This document shows, one piece after another, positions 9,648-21,500 of a DNA stretch of 64,000 nt. The DNA lies in NCBI RefSeq assembly GCF_009834535.1, contig NC_045715.1, positions 22,072,001 through 22,136,000 on the forward strand, in the 5' to 3' direction. Source of the stretch: Camelus ferus (Eukaryota). The notes under the pieces were generated by a model. It worked only from the letters and a program-made list of their open reading frames with translations, made no database searches and was not told where the DNA came from. Positions within the stretch are counted from its first letter, which is position 1. Every line of letters starts with the position of its first letter. Made by a program: the position numbers and the translations under genes.

Positions 9648-12600
9648 AAACTTCTGATGGTTCACTATCACTTATAAACCTCAATAATCCAGTCAGAACC
9701 CACCTTTCCAGACTTCTCTTGCATCCTAAGAACCAGCCACATAGAATCCCTGTCTTGTGACCAGTAGAAACTCTAACCATTGGTCTTTGCTTTGTTCAAT
9801 AAAGTTCCTTCAGTTTACAAGGCCCCTCCCCATTTTCTCCAACATGTAAATATTCCATGTCCCTCAAGATCTGTTCCACTGCCAGAAATGTCTGCATCTT
9901 CAAGGCAGAAGTAATCTTTTTTCTCTTGTGATTATTTTTATGTAAGTTTAAATCCTAGCTTCTTAGGCCTACAAGGTTAAACTTCTCTGAACCTCATGGG
10001 ATTGTTTTTGTTCAATAGAGTGAAAAAAGTAAGCAAACTCACTTAGTGTATTCAAATCCAAAAACATACCTTTGAAGTGTTAAAATCAATCTGTAGGATT
10101 AATAAACAAAATCTAAAGATTTTACAGTTCAACCCTTAAGCTAGCCCTTTAATATGGGTTATTAAAGCAATTTGAGATTTGCATCCCACAAACGGAACTC
10201 TGTGAAAATACAAATATAAACACAACAGGGCCAGAACAATAAGGACATTTCTACCTGTTCTGTAGTTTGTACTATATAGGTTTTTGCTTTTCTGTTAAAA
10301 GGTGAATGGTAACAACTATTATAAAGTATTAGTGAAAAAATTCAAACCCAAATCTAATCAAGCATCTAGATCTAACTGCCAATTTATAAGTACTATGGAG
10401 AGAAAAGGAACAAGGGAAATGACATGATGAGGAAACAATTTGCCAAATACTGAAAGTGGGACTTCTACAGAACAAATGACAAATCAATAGCATTTAAAAG
10501 GGTGGGGCAATTACAAAGAAAAGAGACTTAAGAGACAAAATTTTAAGGACTAAATATCTGTGGTTCTCCCTCCCCGCCTACCCTTTCAATTTGTATGTGG
10601 AAGCCTTGACCCACTGTATGACTGTATTTGGAGACAGTGACTGTGAGGAGATGATAAAAGTTAAATGAGGTCATAAAGGTAGGGCCCTAATCTGATAGAG
10701 CTGGTGCCCTTATAGGAAGAGGAAGAAACACCAAGAGTTCACTCTCTCTCCTCTGTATCAGGACACAGCCAGAAGGTGGCCATCTGTAACCACAGGGGAG
10801 GGTTCTCACCAGACACCAACCGTGCTAGCACCTTGATCTCAGACTTGATCTTTGACTTCTAGCCTCCAGAACTGTGAGAAAATAAATTCCTATTGTTTAA
10901 GCTACCCGATCTATGATATTTTGTTCTGGCAGGCCGAGCAGATTCAACAACCAACTATAACACAGATTTCTTTTTGATCCTAATTCAAGCAAATCAACTG
11001 TAAAAGAACGTCATTGAGACAATTGGGAAATTTTTAATATGAGTCAGGAATTAAATGATATTAAGGAATTGTCTGTTTTGTTAGGTATGATAATGCTATT
11101 AAAGTGGGGGTTTTATTAGAGTAATTTTCTTTTAATGGACATACTGGGGATTGAACCCAGGACCTGATGCATGCTAAGGATGCACTCTACCACTGAGCTG
11201 TATCTTCCCCCCTCAAAGCCATTATTTAATAGAAATGCTTACTGAAGTACTTATGAGTAAAATAATATGATAGGATATACTTAAAAACACTTCCAAAAAA
11301 GAGTAGAAGGTTGGGGGAAGATATGTGAAACAATTTGTTAAAATGTAATAACTATGCAAGTGGGTAACAGGCATATGGGGGGTTCAATTTACTATTCTCT
11401 ACTTTAGCATGTCATTGAAATTTTCCACAACAATGTTTTAACAGAATGATGAGAATTAAATGCCATACACACGAAGTATATTAATAAAGTATATTTGTCA
11501 ATAAACATTTTAGAGTATTTGATAACTAATTTGTTAAGAAATAATGTATAAATGTATATTAGCAAAATTACCAATGATTTGTGACCCTGGAAAGAGTCCA
11601 TTTTTAATTTTATATTAAAAAAACAACTTTCATTTTTTAAAATCCCTAATCAAGCAGAAATGCTTGAAGAGGAAGACTGAGCACAGCAAGGAATTTTCAC
11701 CCCCAGTGGTGGATGAGATACAATACTTTTCCCACCTGGGCACTCCCATGGCTCCCTATCTGCACTTCTTTTATGGCCCAAGTTACTTTCCACTCTACAA
11801 TTATCCATGACAGATCTGATGAGAACTTTCTTGAGGGTAGAATCTACATCAGATCACCTTTGTGACCCTTAAAAATACCCAGGGCCACCCCAGAGATTTT
11901 GATTTAATTCACCTGGAGTAGGACTTAGGCTTCAGTATATTTTAGAAACTTCCAAAAAGGATTCTTATTTGCAGCCTGGACTGAGAACTACTGGGCCCTT
12001 ATTTATTCTTGGTGCTAATTTAAGTTATGGAGTCAGCAAATAAATTAACAAAGTACCTCCCTTGATAGTCACAACGAAGGAAAGGCAGATGGGAAATACT
12101 GTCCACATTTTACAGTTGGAAAAGTAGACTCAGAGAGAAAATGACATTCTCACCCCCACCTCATGAAGCCAGGAAATATTCCTGCCTACTAGAGAGAGCT
12201 ACTGTCCCCACAAGCAGCAGTTTACCTCTGCCCCTGCCCAGGTCGAGGTCTGGTGACTAAGAATGGAGATGTTAGCAGAGGTGAGGGCTGCAGGGTGGTT
12301 GCTGATTCCTGTAGATGATTCTCAATGAGGAGGGGGGCAGGGAGAAGGTACTGGGGGAGGGGAAGGTGTAGGGCTGGGCTGGGGTTGACCAGGAGGTCAG
12401 GCTGTATTTTTTCCATAAAATCACACAAGGCTGAAGGAAACTGAAGACTCCATTCATACCCTACCCACCCTCCCGAGAAGAGTTCCTAGAAATCCCAAAT
12501 CCCCGCCAGATCTTCTCCATTCTTGCTTTATCCATCCACTCCCTCCCTTCCTCTCTCCCTGCGCCCTAGCCAAGCAAAGTGCCTGACTCCGGGGCCTCAA

Positions 12601-14074
12601 ACCCCATTGCACGATGCAGTTAATTGGTCTTTGCAGTGGGAACGTGGGAACCGTTAGGTCTCCCACCGCTTCCTTTCTGCTCACGCACTCAAGCCCAGCA
12701 TCTGGTGACGAGAGAGTCAGTGAATCCTCACTCGCTATAAGGAAGAGGCTGCAGCGTAGGTGAGCGCGCTTGAGCTCAAAAGCGTGAGCTTTGCAGGACC
12801 GGATGTGGGCACGGGTGGGGCTCGAAAACCCTGTTTTTAAACAGGGTAAGAATCGCAAGTAGCAAGATCTAGCAGGAAAGAAGTTCCTCCTTCTGAGACC
12901 CTCCCAACACCTTTGCCTTGCAAGTTTCTTAAGGTCCAGTGTCCAGAACCCCTGCCTCTCTCCAAAGCTCCGCCCCCGGAACACCACGAAGCCCCGCCCC
13001 CAATAAAAATTTTTAACAGGTCTGGGGCTAGGAGAAGCGGTTAGGGACAGGTTTTTTTTTTCTTTCTTTCTTTTTTGTATACAACTGTTAGAGATAGTTT
13101 AATTTTAGCTGAACCGCCTCGATTTACAAATAAGGAAACTGAGAGTTGACTGGGGAAATGACTCGCTCAAGTTGGCACAGCGAGTCACCGGCTGATCTGG
13201 ACCCCTATTATCTACCCGTTTATCTCCACTTCCCCTCCTTAGATACCTGTAGCCATGGTGATGAGAGCAGGCTCAAGCTGAGGCTCGGACTCTCGTCGAA
13301 GGAGGCTGGAGAGGCTGAGGACCGGGCTGGATATGCTGACCATGAGCCAAGTCCCGTCCAGGGCCCGCGGGCAGCTCTGCTCCGGAGTCAAGACGCTGAC
13401 CCAGTTTGCTGAGGCAGGGAACGGGACGTATCGGCTCAGCTCGCAGCGTGGCGCGGGGGCGTCCCGGGGGTACCGCCTGAAGGCCGCCAGGAGGGCACCC
13501 GCAGGATCTGTGAGCGCAGAGAAGGGAGTTGCTGCTGTAGAGTCGCCACCAGGAAAGGGCCGGGGATGGCAGCGTCCAGGGAACTTCAGACGTACAGATT
13601 ACCAGGTAGTGAGAGATTTAGCAGTAATCCAGTTTCATTTTACAGAGGGGGAAACTAAGGCCCGAGGTCACTGCGAGACCTAAAAAGGAGGGGGTCTCGA
13701 TGGAGACGACAGCGTTAGGAGCGAGTCGGGGGGACTCACCATGCACTTTCAGGTAGAGCTCTGGGTCGAGGTCCGGCCGGGGAAGTAGGCTCTCCGCGCC
13801 CTGGCGCAGCAGCAGTGCAGCGGGTTTCTTGGTTAGCTGGCCCCTGCCCGCATCCTCCACCAACCAACACTCTATCACCGCGGGTCCCGCCGAGACGGCG
13901 GTCCCAAAGCCTGGGGGAGAGGGGCGCAAGTAAGGGGACAAGCCCAATGTCAGGTGACCCAACCTCCCACTCTCCCGTTCCGACGTGCCAGGGTCACCTC
14001 TGGCATCCCTGGGCAAAGAGTCGCGGGGTTTGCTCACCCAAAGCCACAGCGAGGAGCAGGGACAGAGGCTTCAT
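6048..14074 (-). CDS. TAPBP: Tapasin (TAP-binding protein), 449 aa, 8 exons
   Basis: Exons 14038-14074, 13740-13910, 13247-13507, 7928-8326, 7217-7558, 7048-7137, 6880-6917, 6048-6059 (1350 nt, frame intact). MKPLSLLLAVALG signal peptide, GPAVIECW, SCPRALDG, GLEWRRQH, GNGT glycosylation site, IgC domain, TM lysine GLVKALGW, C-terminal KKTQ ER-retrieval motif. Confidence 0.98.
6291..6567 (-). mobile_element. MER33/MER3-type hAT-Charlie element in TAPBP intron 7
   Basis: CTGCTGTCCAGTAG...GTTGAGCATTTGAAATGTGGCTAGTCCGAATTGAG...GGACAATGCTG matches the recalled MER33 consensus in reverse. Confidence 0.75.
6575..6684 (-). mobile_element. tRNA-Ala-derived SINE (camelid Vic-like)
   Basis: Reverse of GAGGGTATAGATCAGTGGTAGAG...GGTTCAATCCCCAGTACCTCCA plus A-rich tail. 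Confidence 0.85.
9235..9500 (+). mobile_element. MIR SINE
   Basis: CTTGGGTTCAATTCTGAGC...CCCTGGGCAAGTCACCTAAC...CTCATATTTCTTCATCTGTGACATGGGGATAATA...AAGTGCTTAGAACAG core. Confidence 0.8.
10543..10949 (+). mobile_element. MaLR solo LTR (MLT1A-like)
   Basis: GACTGTATTTGGAGACAG...GTTAAATGAGGTCATAAAGGTAGGGCCCTAATC...CCTCCAGAACTGTGAGAAAATAAATTCCTATTGTTTAAGC hallmark blocks. Confidence 0.8.
11105..11212 (-). mobile_element. tRNA-Ala-derived SINE
   Basis: Degenerate A and B boxes in reverse orientation with tail. Confidence 0.8.
11850..11993. mobile_element. MER5A-like hAT-Charlie fragment
   Basis: CCACCCCAGAGATTTTGATTTAATT...GATTCTTATTTGCAGCCTGGACTGAGAACTACTG. Confidence 0.65.
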
Positions 14075-14099
14075 GGCGCCGCGATCTTCTCAGTCCCGA

Positions 14100-14260
14100 A
14101 GCCTCCTCTTCCCCCTTTCACTTTCACTTTCCTCCAAAGGCCAGCAGGAGGGGTGGAGGAAGTCCCAGCTCTGATTAGGTTACAGCGCGTGGGAGGCAGG
14201 TGCTTCCCCCACTGGCTGGGCAGGGATCCCTGAACATCCTCTCCAGTTCTGGTCTGGAGA
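14100..14260 (-). promoter_or_regulatory. TAPBP: TAPBP promoter/5'UTR with tandem IRF element and kB-like site
   Basis: GAAAGTGAAAGTGAAAG on - strand at 14115-14131; GGGACTTCC at 14158-14166. Confidence 0.75.
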
Positions 14261-14462
14261 CCTCGGCCTCGCCCTGCCCTCCTGGACCTCCCAGTACCAC
14301 AGAGTCCAGGAGCCTTCCCACACCCTAGGCTCCCCTTCCCGTGCCCTCTCCCCCAGAATCCACCTCCCTGAGAACCATTACTACACCTTCCCCGACCTGT
14401 GCCAGGTCCCTAGCAAACACACAGGGGTTGTCGGGAAGCCAAATGAAATGACCAATAAATAT

Positions 14463-14468
14463 TTTAAT
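14463..14468 (-). terminator. Probable ZBTB22 polyadenylation signal (ATTAAA)
   Basis: Hexamer in an AT-rich block about 570 nt past the ZBTB22 stop; inference. Confidence 0.5.
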
Positions 14469-15035
14469 CACTGTTTAAAAAAAATAAGATTTAAAATAAA
14501 AACCTTGTACTCCTGTGACTTACTCCCTCTTTGTCTCCATTCCCCCCTCCCCAATGATAATGGAGTTGGGGGAACCCAAGGTGGGGAAAGAGGGGTTAGG
14601 GTAGAAATAAGGGGCACATCCTCTGGGGGGCAAGATATATTCTACGACAAGGGTGGGGCTCAAAGGCCTGGTCCCCACAACAACACAAACACAGACTTCA
14701 GATACAGACTACAACCACCTGACCCTTGATCCAGTGACTCCAGGATGCTCAACAAGCCCCATTCCCCTCCCCACCATATGGGTGCCTGGGCTCTCGGCTT
14801 CAGTGTACCCATCTGAATGGAAGGAAGGGCTTAGTTCTGGGGATGCTTTGGGGAGGAGGGGCTGAGGAGTGGAATGGGGTGGCCCAAGATGCAACGCGGT
14901 TCCCCCTCCAGAATATATACAAGTCCATAGCGATAGGAAGACAGTGTGTTAGGAGATCACCTAGGGGACACAGCGCCCCTGGCTCGTGATCCCTATTCCC
15001 TCTTCCCAGGAAGCTACTCCCAGTAATCTGCCTCT

Positions 15036-16940
15036 TCAGTTTGCTCCTCCGCCCCCACTGAAGCCCATCTCCACCTTGGGGACACTGGGTGGGGACCAGA
15101 CACGTCGGCTGGGCGGAGGCGTGGCCCCACTGGCCTCATCACCACTGCCCCTGCCAGGGGACTCTCTCTTGGGCTGCAAGGCTGGCCCCATGGGCCCACC
15201 AGGTCCCGGTCCGGCCCCACTCCCACCTAGGCGGTGCCGGCGCTCACAGTGTCCTCGGTGTCGCATGAAGCTGTCTCGCCACATGAACTTCTTGGCACAG
15301 ACACCGCACTCATAGGGCTTGAGGCCTGTGTGCGTCTTCATGTGCTCTGTCAGGTGGTGCTTCATCTTGAACTTTTTGTTGCACACGGGGCAGTCAAAGG
15401 GCCGCAGGTTGAGATGCATGTTCACATGCCGGTCTCGCATGCTCTTGTGGGAAAAGGCCTTGCCGCAGTGGCACAGAAATATCTTATTTCCATCCCCACT
15501 GCCTGTCCCTCCAGAGGTCCCACCAGTGCCACTTGGCATACCCAGGCCCCCTGCTGGTGTGCCCCCCAGGGTCACCGCCCCATGTTCAGCTTGGTTCCCT
15601 GGCGGCTGGCCTGGAGCCTGTGAGGAGGAGGAGGAGGAGGAAGAGGATGGGAAGACTAGGATTTGGTTGGCCTGCATGTCCAGGGGAAGCAGGGGCCTTG
15701 GAGGGTGAGAGGCAGTATACGAGGAAGGGGTGGGTCCCCCTGAATCATCAAGCCCTGCCCCAGGACCCCCACCTTCATAGGGGCCAAAGTCATTGGAGGA
15801 CTCACAGAAATTGACCTGCTCCTCTCCCTTGTCCGGAGGCTCAGACAGGGTCCGGACATCACTTATGCTAAGGGTAGCCTCAGGTCCTCCCCCTGCTGGA
15901 ACCCCCGAGCCACCCCCAAGCTCTTCATCTTCATCATCCTCACAGGTTAACACCAAGTCTTCCTCCTCCTCCTCCTCTTCGAGGTCTGGGTCCTGGGGAG
16001 CCAAGGGTGCTGGTGCTGGGCAGTTTCCACCCCGCTTCACATATACCCAGTGTTTCTGTGGCACGATGCTGGGGGGTGCATAGGTGGGCCGCCTGAGCCC
16101 AGACCCAGGGACCACCGCACCCCTCCCATCCCCACCATCATCACACAGCTCGTCTGCCTCCAGCAGCAGCTTTCCAGAAGTAGCCCCACCACTGCCAACC
16201 ACAGGGGCTGGGAACACAGGGCCACCTCCTCGACGCTCCCCGCTGCCCACTGCAGAAGCTGCAAATGCCTCTTGGGAGGAAGAGGAGAAATCAGTGGACT
16301 CCCGGGGGCTGAAGTAGTTGCTGCTGCTGGGGGACTGATTCTCACTGGCCCGACTGGAGGCATGGGAGCGCACGGAGCCCACTGGGGCAGGGGTCACAGT
16401 GCCCCCACTCCCTGAGGGGACCCCAGCACCAGGGACAGTGACTGAGGTGGCTGCAGCAGTGGTGATGGTGGTGGCAGTGGCCGAGGCCCGGCCCTCGCGG
16501 AGGAGTTCAGTGCATTTATCCACAATGTGCCACATTTGGAGCACAGACCCCACTGTGAGGAAGTTGACAATGTCAGCAGCGGCCATGCTGAGGCGGCCAG
16601 TATAAGCCGAAGCCAAGACAGTCTCGAAGGCTCCTGGGTCCATGACACTGGGCAGTGAGATGGAGGTCATGCCCTTGAGTAGGACCTGGTCGTGGAAGTA
16701 AGGGGAAGAGGCAGCCAGGACAGCACGATGAGCCCTGAATTCACGTCCCTGCACTCGGATGGACACATCACAGAGCTGGCCTTGTAGCCGCTGCTGATTG
16801 AGGGACTCCAGAAGGGCACTGGTCACCTCAGGGAAGGACACGTGCACCACTGCAGCTGCAGGCAGGGGCAGTGGTGGGGGAGCCAGCGATAGAGGCAGGG
16901 GGAGTGCTGCCCCACTGGAAGACAGAGGAGAAGGCTCCAT
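15036..16940 (-). CDS. ZBTB22: Zinc finger and BTB domain protein 22, 634 aa, single coding exon
   Basis: Uninterrupted ORF with BTB/POZ domain (LCDVSIRVQGREFRAHRAVLAASSPYF), acidic tract and three C-terminal zinc fingers with HTGLKPY linker; exon acceptor at 17010-17011; expected syntenic position. Confidence 0.97.
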   Translation of the reverse strand: MEPSPLSSSGAALPLPLSLAPPPLPLPAAAVVHVSFPEVTSALLESLNQQRLQGQLCDVSIRVQGREFRAHRAVLAASSPYFHDQVLLKGMTSISLPSVMDPGAFETVLASAYTGRLSMAAADIVNFLTVGSVLQMWHIVDKCTELLREGRASATATTITTAAATSVTVPGAGVPSGSGGTVTPAPVGSVRSHASSRASENQSPSSSNYFSPRESTDFSSSSQEAFAASAVGSGERRGGGPVFPAPVVGSGGATSGKLLLEADELCDDGGDGRGAVVPGSGLRRPTYAPPSIVPQKHWVYVKRGGNCPAPAPLAPQDPDLEEEEEEEDLVLTCEDDEDEELGGGSGVPAGGGPEATLSISDVRTLSEPPDKGEEQVNFCESSNDFGPYEGGGPGAGLDDSGGPTPSSYTASHPPRPLLPLDMQANQILVFPSSSSSSSSSQAPGQPPGNQAEHGAVTLGGTPAGGLGMPSGTGGTSGGTGSGDGNKIFLCHCGKAFSHKSMRDRHVNMHLNLRPFDCPVCNKKFKMKHHLTEHMKTHTGLKPYECGVCAKKFMWRDSFMRHRGHCERRHRLGGSGAGPGPGGPMGPALQPKRESPGRGSGDEASGATPPPSRRVWSPPSVPKVEMGFSGGGGAN

Positions 16941-17449
16941 GGTGTGGAGGGAAGAGGTACCCCCCCAGCCACAGAAGCAAGGGAAGGAGGAGGGCGGCCG
17001 GGGGGGTCTCTGGAAAGAGAAAGAGAGACCATTGATAACATCTCATAATGACAGTTTAAAAACATGTTCAAGCTTATTGTCTGAGTAACTCCCCACAACA
17101 ACACTATAAGATAGCTATTCCTTTCAACCTCACTTGACAGATGAGGAAACTGAGGCTCAGAAAGATTAAGAGATTATCCAAGGTCACATCAGTAAGTGGC
17201 AGGGCCCTAACTCCAAATCCAATGCTCTTTTCTTGGACGTTAGAGAAATAAGGTGCTCCTGGGGAGTGGGGTGCCTCCCCTCAGAAATTTCCACTTGCCT
17301 GAGAGCCTGACTTTCCAAAATTTACCTTTTTGGTGTGTTGCACCCTTTTCTTGGGAGGGGGGCAAGTGGGCTCTGGTACTGAAAACCACCCCTCTCTCCC
17401 ATGTCCCTTCAGGCTATGCCCCCTGGCTCTTTCGCCAGCCACGCCCCTT

Positions 17450-18200
17450 GGCCCCAAGTTACCTATAACCCCGCCCATTAGGCCCCGCCCTTCTCAAGAT
17501 CCGCCCCGTAGCTCTTTTGGCCCCGCCCCTTGCCTTCCCCCGCCCACATCGGACCCCGCCCCCCTCTGCTCCGCCCCAAGCGCTACTTTGACCTCCTCTC
17601 CCACCCGGAAGNNNNNNNNNNNNNNNNNNNNNNNNNNNNNNNNNNNNNNNNNNNNNNNNNNNNNNNNNNNNNNNNNNNNNNNNNNNNNNNNNNNNNNNNN
17701 NNNNNNNNNNNNNNNNNNNNNNNNNNNNNNNNNNNNNNNNNNNNNNNNNNNNNNNNNNNNNNNNNNNNNNNNNNNNNNNNNNCAGGCGGGCACCCCCACC
17801 CGAGCCGCTGGGCAATACTCGGCCGACTCGGCCACTTCGCCTTTAAAGAACAGTTGTCTCATTCCACCTTAAAGGTACCAGGTCTCTTCCGCCCCTGACT
17901 TAGGGCTTGGTTCGGCCGAAGCTCTCATTCCCTTTTAATTCGGTAAGCCTGCCTCTTCCCACTGGCGATGGGTCCTGGCCACGGCTGCCTGAGCTCCGCC
18001 CCCGAGCTGTGGCCATTAGCAGATTTGCGGGATCTAATCGCCCCGGTCTCCCAGCTTCCGACAGTCCCCCAGAAACCCCACCCCCTTCCTCCGGGCCTGG
18101 ATTGGCCAAATAACCTTGAGTAGGCCCCTGATTGGCCTTTTTACTGCTACCGCTCGAAGTGAGAAAGTAAAGCGCGTTCAAGAAGTTGAAGCACATTTTT
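17450..18200 (-). promoter_or_regulatory. ZBTB22: ZBTB22 CpG-rich promoter region
   Basis: Multiple CCCGCCC GC boxes (17470-17580), two ATTGG (CCAAT) boxes near 18101 and 18132, candidate donor ATAG|GTAAC at 17463; partly in gap 17612-17782. Confidence 0.6.
17612..17782. other. Assembly gap (N x171) in ZBTB22 promoter region
   Basis: Run of N. Confidence 0.99.
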
Positions 18201-18396
18201 TTAGTGCCTAGCAGAGGGCAAGGGGAAGGCCTGAGGGCGAGGAAATCCCAAGAAAGGCCTGCTAAAGGTAGCTAGAAAGGACAGATCCAGGGCTACCCAG
18301 GAGGCAGGCTAACTCTAAACCAGAGAACAGCTGGTGCCAATCACGAGCTGGTGAGTGCAGGCCGAGGAAAAGACAGGGGTACAATAAGAAAAGAAC

Positions 18397-18409
18397 TTTA
18401 TTGTTTATT
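18397..18409 (-). terminator. DAXX tandem polyadenylation signals (2x AATAAA)
   Basis: TTTATT at 18397-18402 and 18404-18409, about 160 nt past the stop. Confidence 0.8.
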
Positions 18410-18566
18410 AATGTTTCTGTGTAAAACTTAAGCCTTTAAAAAAAAAAAAAAAAGAAACCACCAAAAGGGGATTAGCTCAGTCCATCCCTTCCTCTGTCGT
18501 CTGCTTCCCACCATCCTCCAAATACTATTCCAAAACATTTTGTAGGCAGGGAGGAGGGGGAGGCAG

Positions 18567-21500
18567 CTAATCAGAATCTGAGAGCACGATGATCTCCTCT
18601 GGATCGCACTGTGTGGCCACACTCATCTGCAGGGGAGTGAGAGACAAAAAGTCAGAGAGGTCTGGAACATAGTGGGAGTTCGAGAAGCAGAGGGAAAGAC
18701 TTATCAGAGATTAAAAATTGGGGTGGGAAAAAAAGGAAGCAAGAGGACGTGGTGGGTGCAATATTCAGAGAACCCAAAAGAGAACAGTGAGAGAGAATGA
18801 AGTCAGGAAAAGTGTCCGCCTCTTACCTTATAAGTACCAGGCCTGAAGGGTTGTGATTGGGGGGTTTGGGACAACCGGGGTGGAAATGGACTACAGAGGG
18901 AGCTGGTCACCAGGCCATGGCTAGGAGAGTCCACCCTCGTTGAGGAATCAGCAACTGGAGCCATGGAAGCCAAGGGGGAAGGTGGGCTGGGCAGCGTACA
19001 TGTCTTCTTCCCATTCTTCCCACGCAATGCCCTTTGCCTTTCCACATAGCTAGGGACAGAAACATAAAGGTGTGGAGGGGTCTGGGGAGCCTGAGGCTGG
19101 AGGGGGAGTGTTCAGTTTCTCCCAGCAGACCCAGTTCCACAACATTCCTCTCAGAAAAAAGCCCCCTGGAGTCCCTCCTTGGCTTCCCTCTTCCCTCTCC
19201 TTGTTGCTATTACCTATTTCTTAATGGCCCTGCTTCTGTTTGCTTCTCCATCCGAGATTTCTTCCGGGGAGGACTGGCATCTCCCCAGGTGTGAGGAGAG
19301 ACACCTCCATTGAAGGAAGTGGAGGTGACCATGGCTGCTCCATTCTCCAAAACAGTGGTGAGGGGTTCCTCTGATTGCTTCCTGGAAGAGGAAACATCCC
19401 TCTCCTCAGGAGAAGGGGTTGTATCCAGAGGCAAGGCTTCAATCTCTAGCTCAAAGAGCTGAGACATAGGGCTCTCTTCCTCCAGGGGCAACTCTTCGAG
19501 GTGTTCTCCATTGCTTTCAGCATCTATGCTGGAGAGGGCTGGGGGCTCTTCTGACAGTGAAGATGGTGACACTGCGAGGCTTTTGTTTTGTTGCTCCCCT
19601 GAAGACCTGCTGATCCCTTTGCTAGGTTCCAGTTTCTTTTCGGTGGAGATCTGTAGCAGGGACGTGGGGCTCTTATCTCCATCCTTACCTGGAAAAGAAG
19701 TAAAGAGGAGAGAGGTAACAGAAGAACTAGGGGAGAGAAAACCGCTGAGAGGACACTAGGAGAAAGAGGAGGAAGAGGAGGAAGGGAAGGATCTCAAACA
19801 GGGGGCTCATGCCCAAGAGTAGAGGGAACTGACACATGGGAAGACTGTCCTTGACATACCTGCTTCCTCCTCCTCCTCTTCATCGTCCCCCTGACCTTCC
19901 TGCATCTGTTCCAGATCCTCCTCTTCTTCAGAATCTGTGGCGTCCTCCTCTTCTTCCTCCTCTTCTTCCTCCTCCTCCTCTTCCTCCTCCTCATCACTTT
20001 CCTCATCTTCTTCATCATCTGTCTCAGCCTTGAAGGTGGTAGGGCATTCCTGGGATGCCATCCCACTAGGGCCCTACAGGGAACAAAGGAGTTTCTCTAA
20101 GGAATCCCTTGCCCTAGAGGGGCTGGTTCTTGTGTTCCTTCTGCACACTTCCCTATCAGTCACCATGGACTCCCTCCTGGCCAGTGCAGGAAAAGGATAG
20201 GGTCTCTGAAGGGTGTTTCCCTTCCATACCTCACCAGAATCCAGGGAGGCTTTGGGGGGATCTACAGAGTGGGAAGAGGTGGCTTGGGGGAGCCGGGCTC
20301 TTCTCCTCTGTCTCTCGCCCTCCTCACTCTGGTCTTGCATCATTGCATATTTAGAGATGACCTCATCCAGACGGCTCATAGCCAAGCTCCGGTTCTCCCG
20401 CAGGCGCCGGGCGAGGGCAGGATCTGACAGTGCGGGATCAATGCCTATGTGGGAAGACATAAAGTCAGAGCAGTCACCCAGAACCCAACCCAGAAGGAGG
20501 GACTAGAGAGATGCCTCCTCCGCCACACACCTGACATACTAGGGTTACTTATGGGNNNNNNNNNNNNNNNNNNNNNNNNNNNNNNNNNNNNNNNNNNNNN
20601 NNNNNNNNNNNNNNNNNNNNNNNNNNNNNNNNNNNNNNNNNNNNNNNNNNNNNNNNNNNNNNNNNNNNNNNNNNNNNNNNNNNNNNNNNNNNNNNNNNNN
20701 NNNNNNNNNNNNNNNNNNNGCAGCTGCCTTCTCTACGGCCCGCAGCACATCTCCATAGTCAGGGAAGGTGTCAAGCCCTGGTTTGTTGATGAGCCGCTCA
20801 ATGCGCCTGTTCACCTCTGGGTAGCGGGTACCACGATAGGGGATGCGCTGCTCTATGACCCGGCCTGTCAGTGAAGAGCAGTCTTTCAGCTCACACAGCC
20901 GCCCAAAGAGGCGGATCAGCTTACGCTTCAACCTTGCCTCCTGCAGGTAAGTGGAGTCTGGGTCGTCCAGTTCTGAGAGATCCAGCTCCTTTTCCTGCAG
21001 CCGCCGGATCTCCGCTACATAGAGTGCTAGCAGCTGCTCCAAGCGCTGGATCTGCCGCCGGGAACCACGGGTCCTTGGGGCCTCAGAGGCAGTGGTCTCA
21101 GCATTTGTGGGGTCCGAGGAGGAGTCTGTGGGAGGGTTATTCCCAGAGGGCTCACTAGAGGTGGTGGCAGCAGGGGCCAGGTTCAGCTTCTTCTTGGCTG
21201 AGTGGGCCTTGAGGACAGTGCAGAGCTCATTAATGTAGACATAGAGCTTAGCTGGTCGGCTCTGAGCCCGAGAGAGGACCCGAGAGAGGATGTTGCAGAA
21301 CTCCGCGGAGGCCAAAAACAGAGAGTGGGCACGCTGCTGCCGGTTATAGAGGAATGGGACCACCTCAGGGTGGTCCGCTGTCTGCGTCTTACACAGTTCA
21401 AGGAACTGGAGGGTTCAGGGGAAAAGGGGAGGGGGAAAGAGACAAGGGATGGGGTTGAGAGAAAGAAGGCGTGGTGGGGTTAGTGGGGAAGAAAGGATAG

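Noticed and set aside
15234-16648. Multiple overlapping or antisense ORFs across ZBTB22
   Set aside because: Shadow frames of a GC-rich coding exon with GAG/TCC repeats.
18466-18482. GGGGATTAGCTCAGT in the DAXX 3'UTR resembling a tRNA 5' end
   Set aside because: Only about 15 nt, with no B box or 3' half; not distinguishable from chance.
20545-20555. Apparent DAXX donor AA|GTAACC just after the gap
   Set aside because: The 164-nt gap fits the expected remaining about 146 nt of exon plus a little intron, so the true donor is probably inside the gap.
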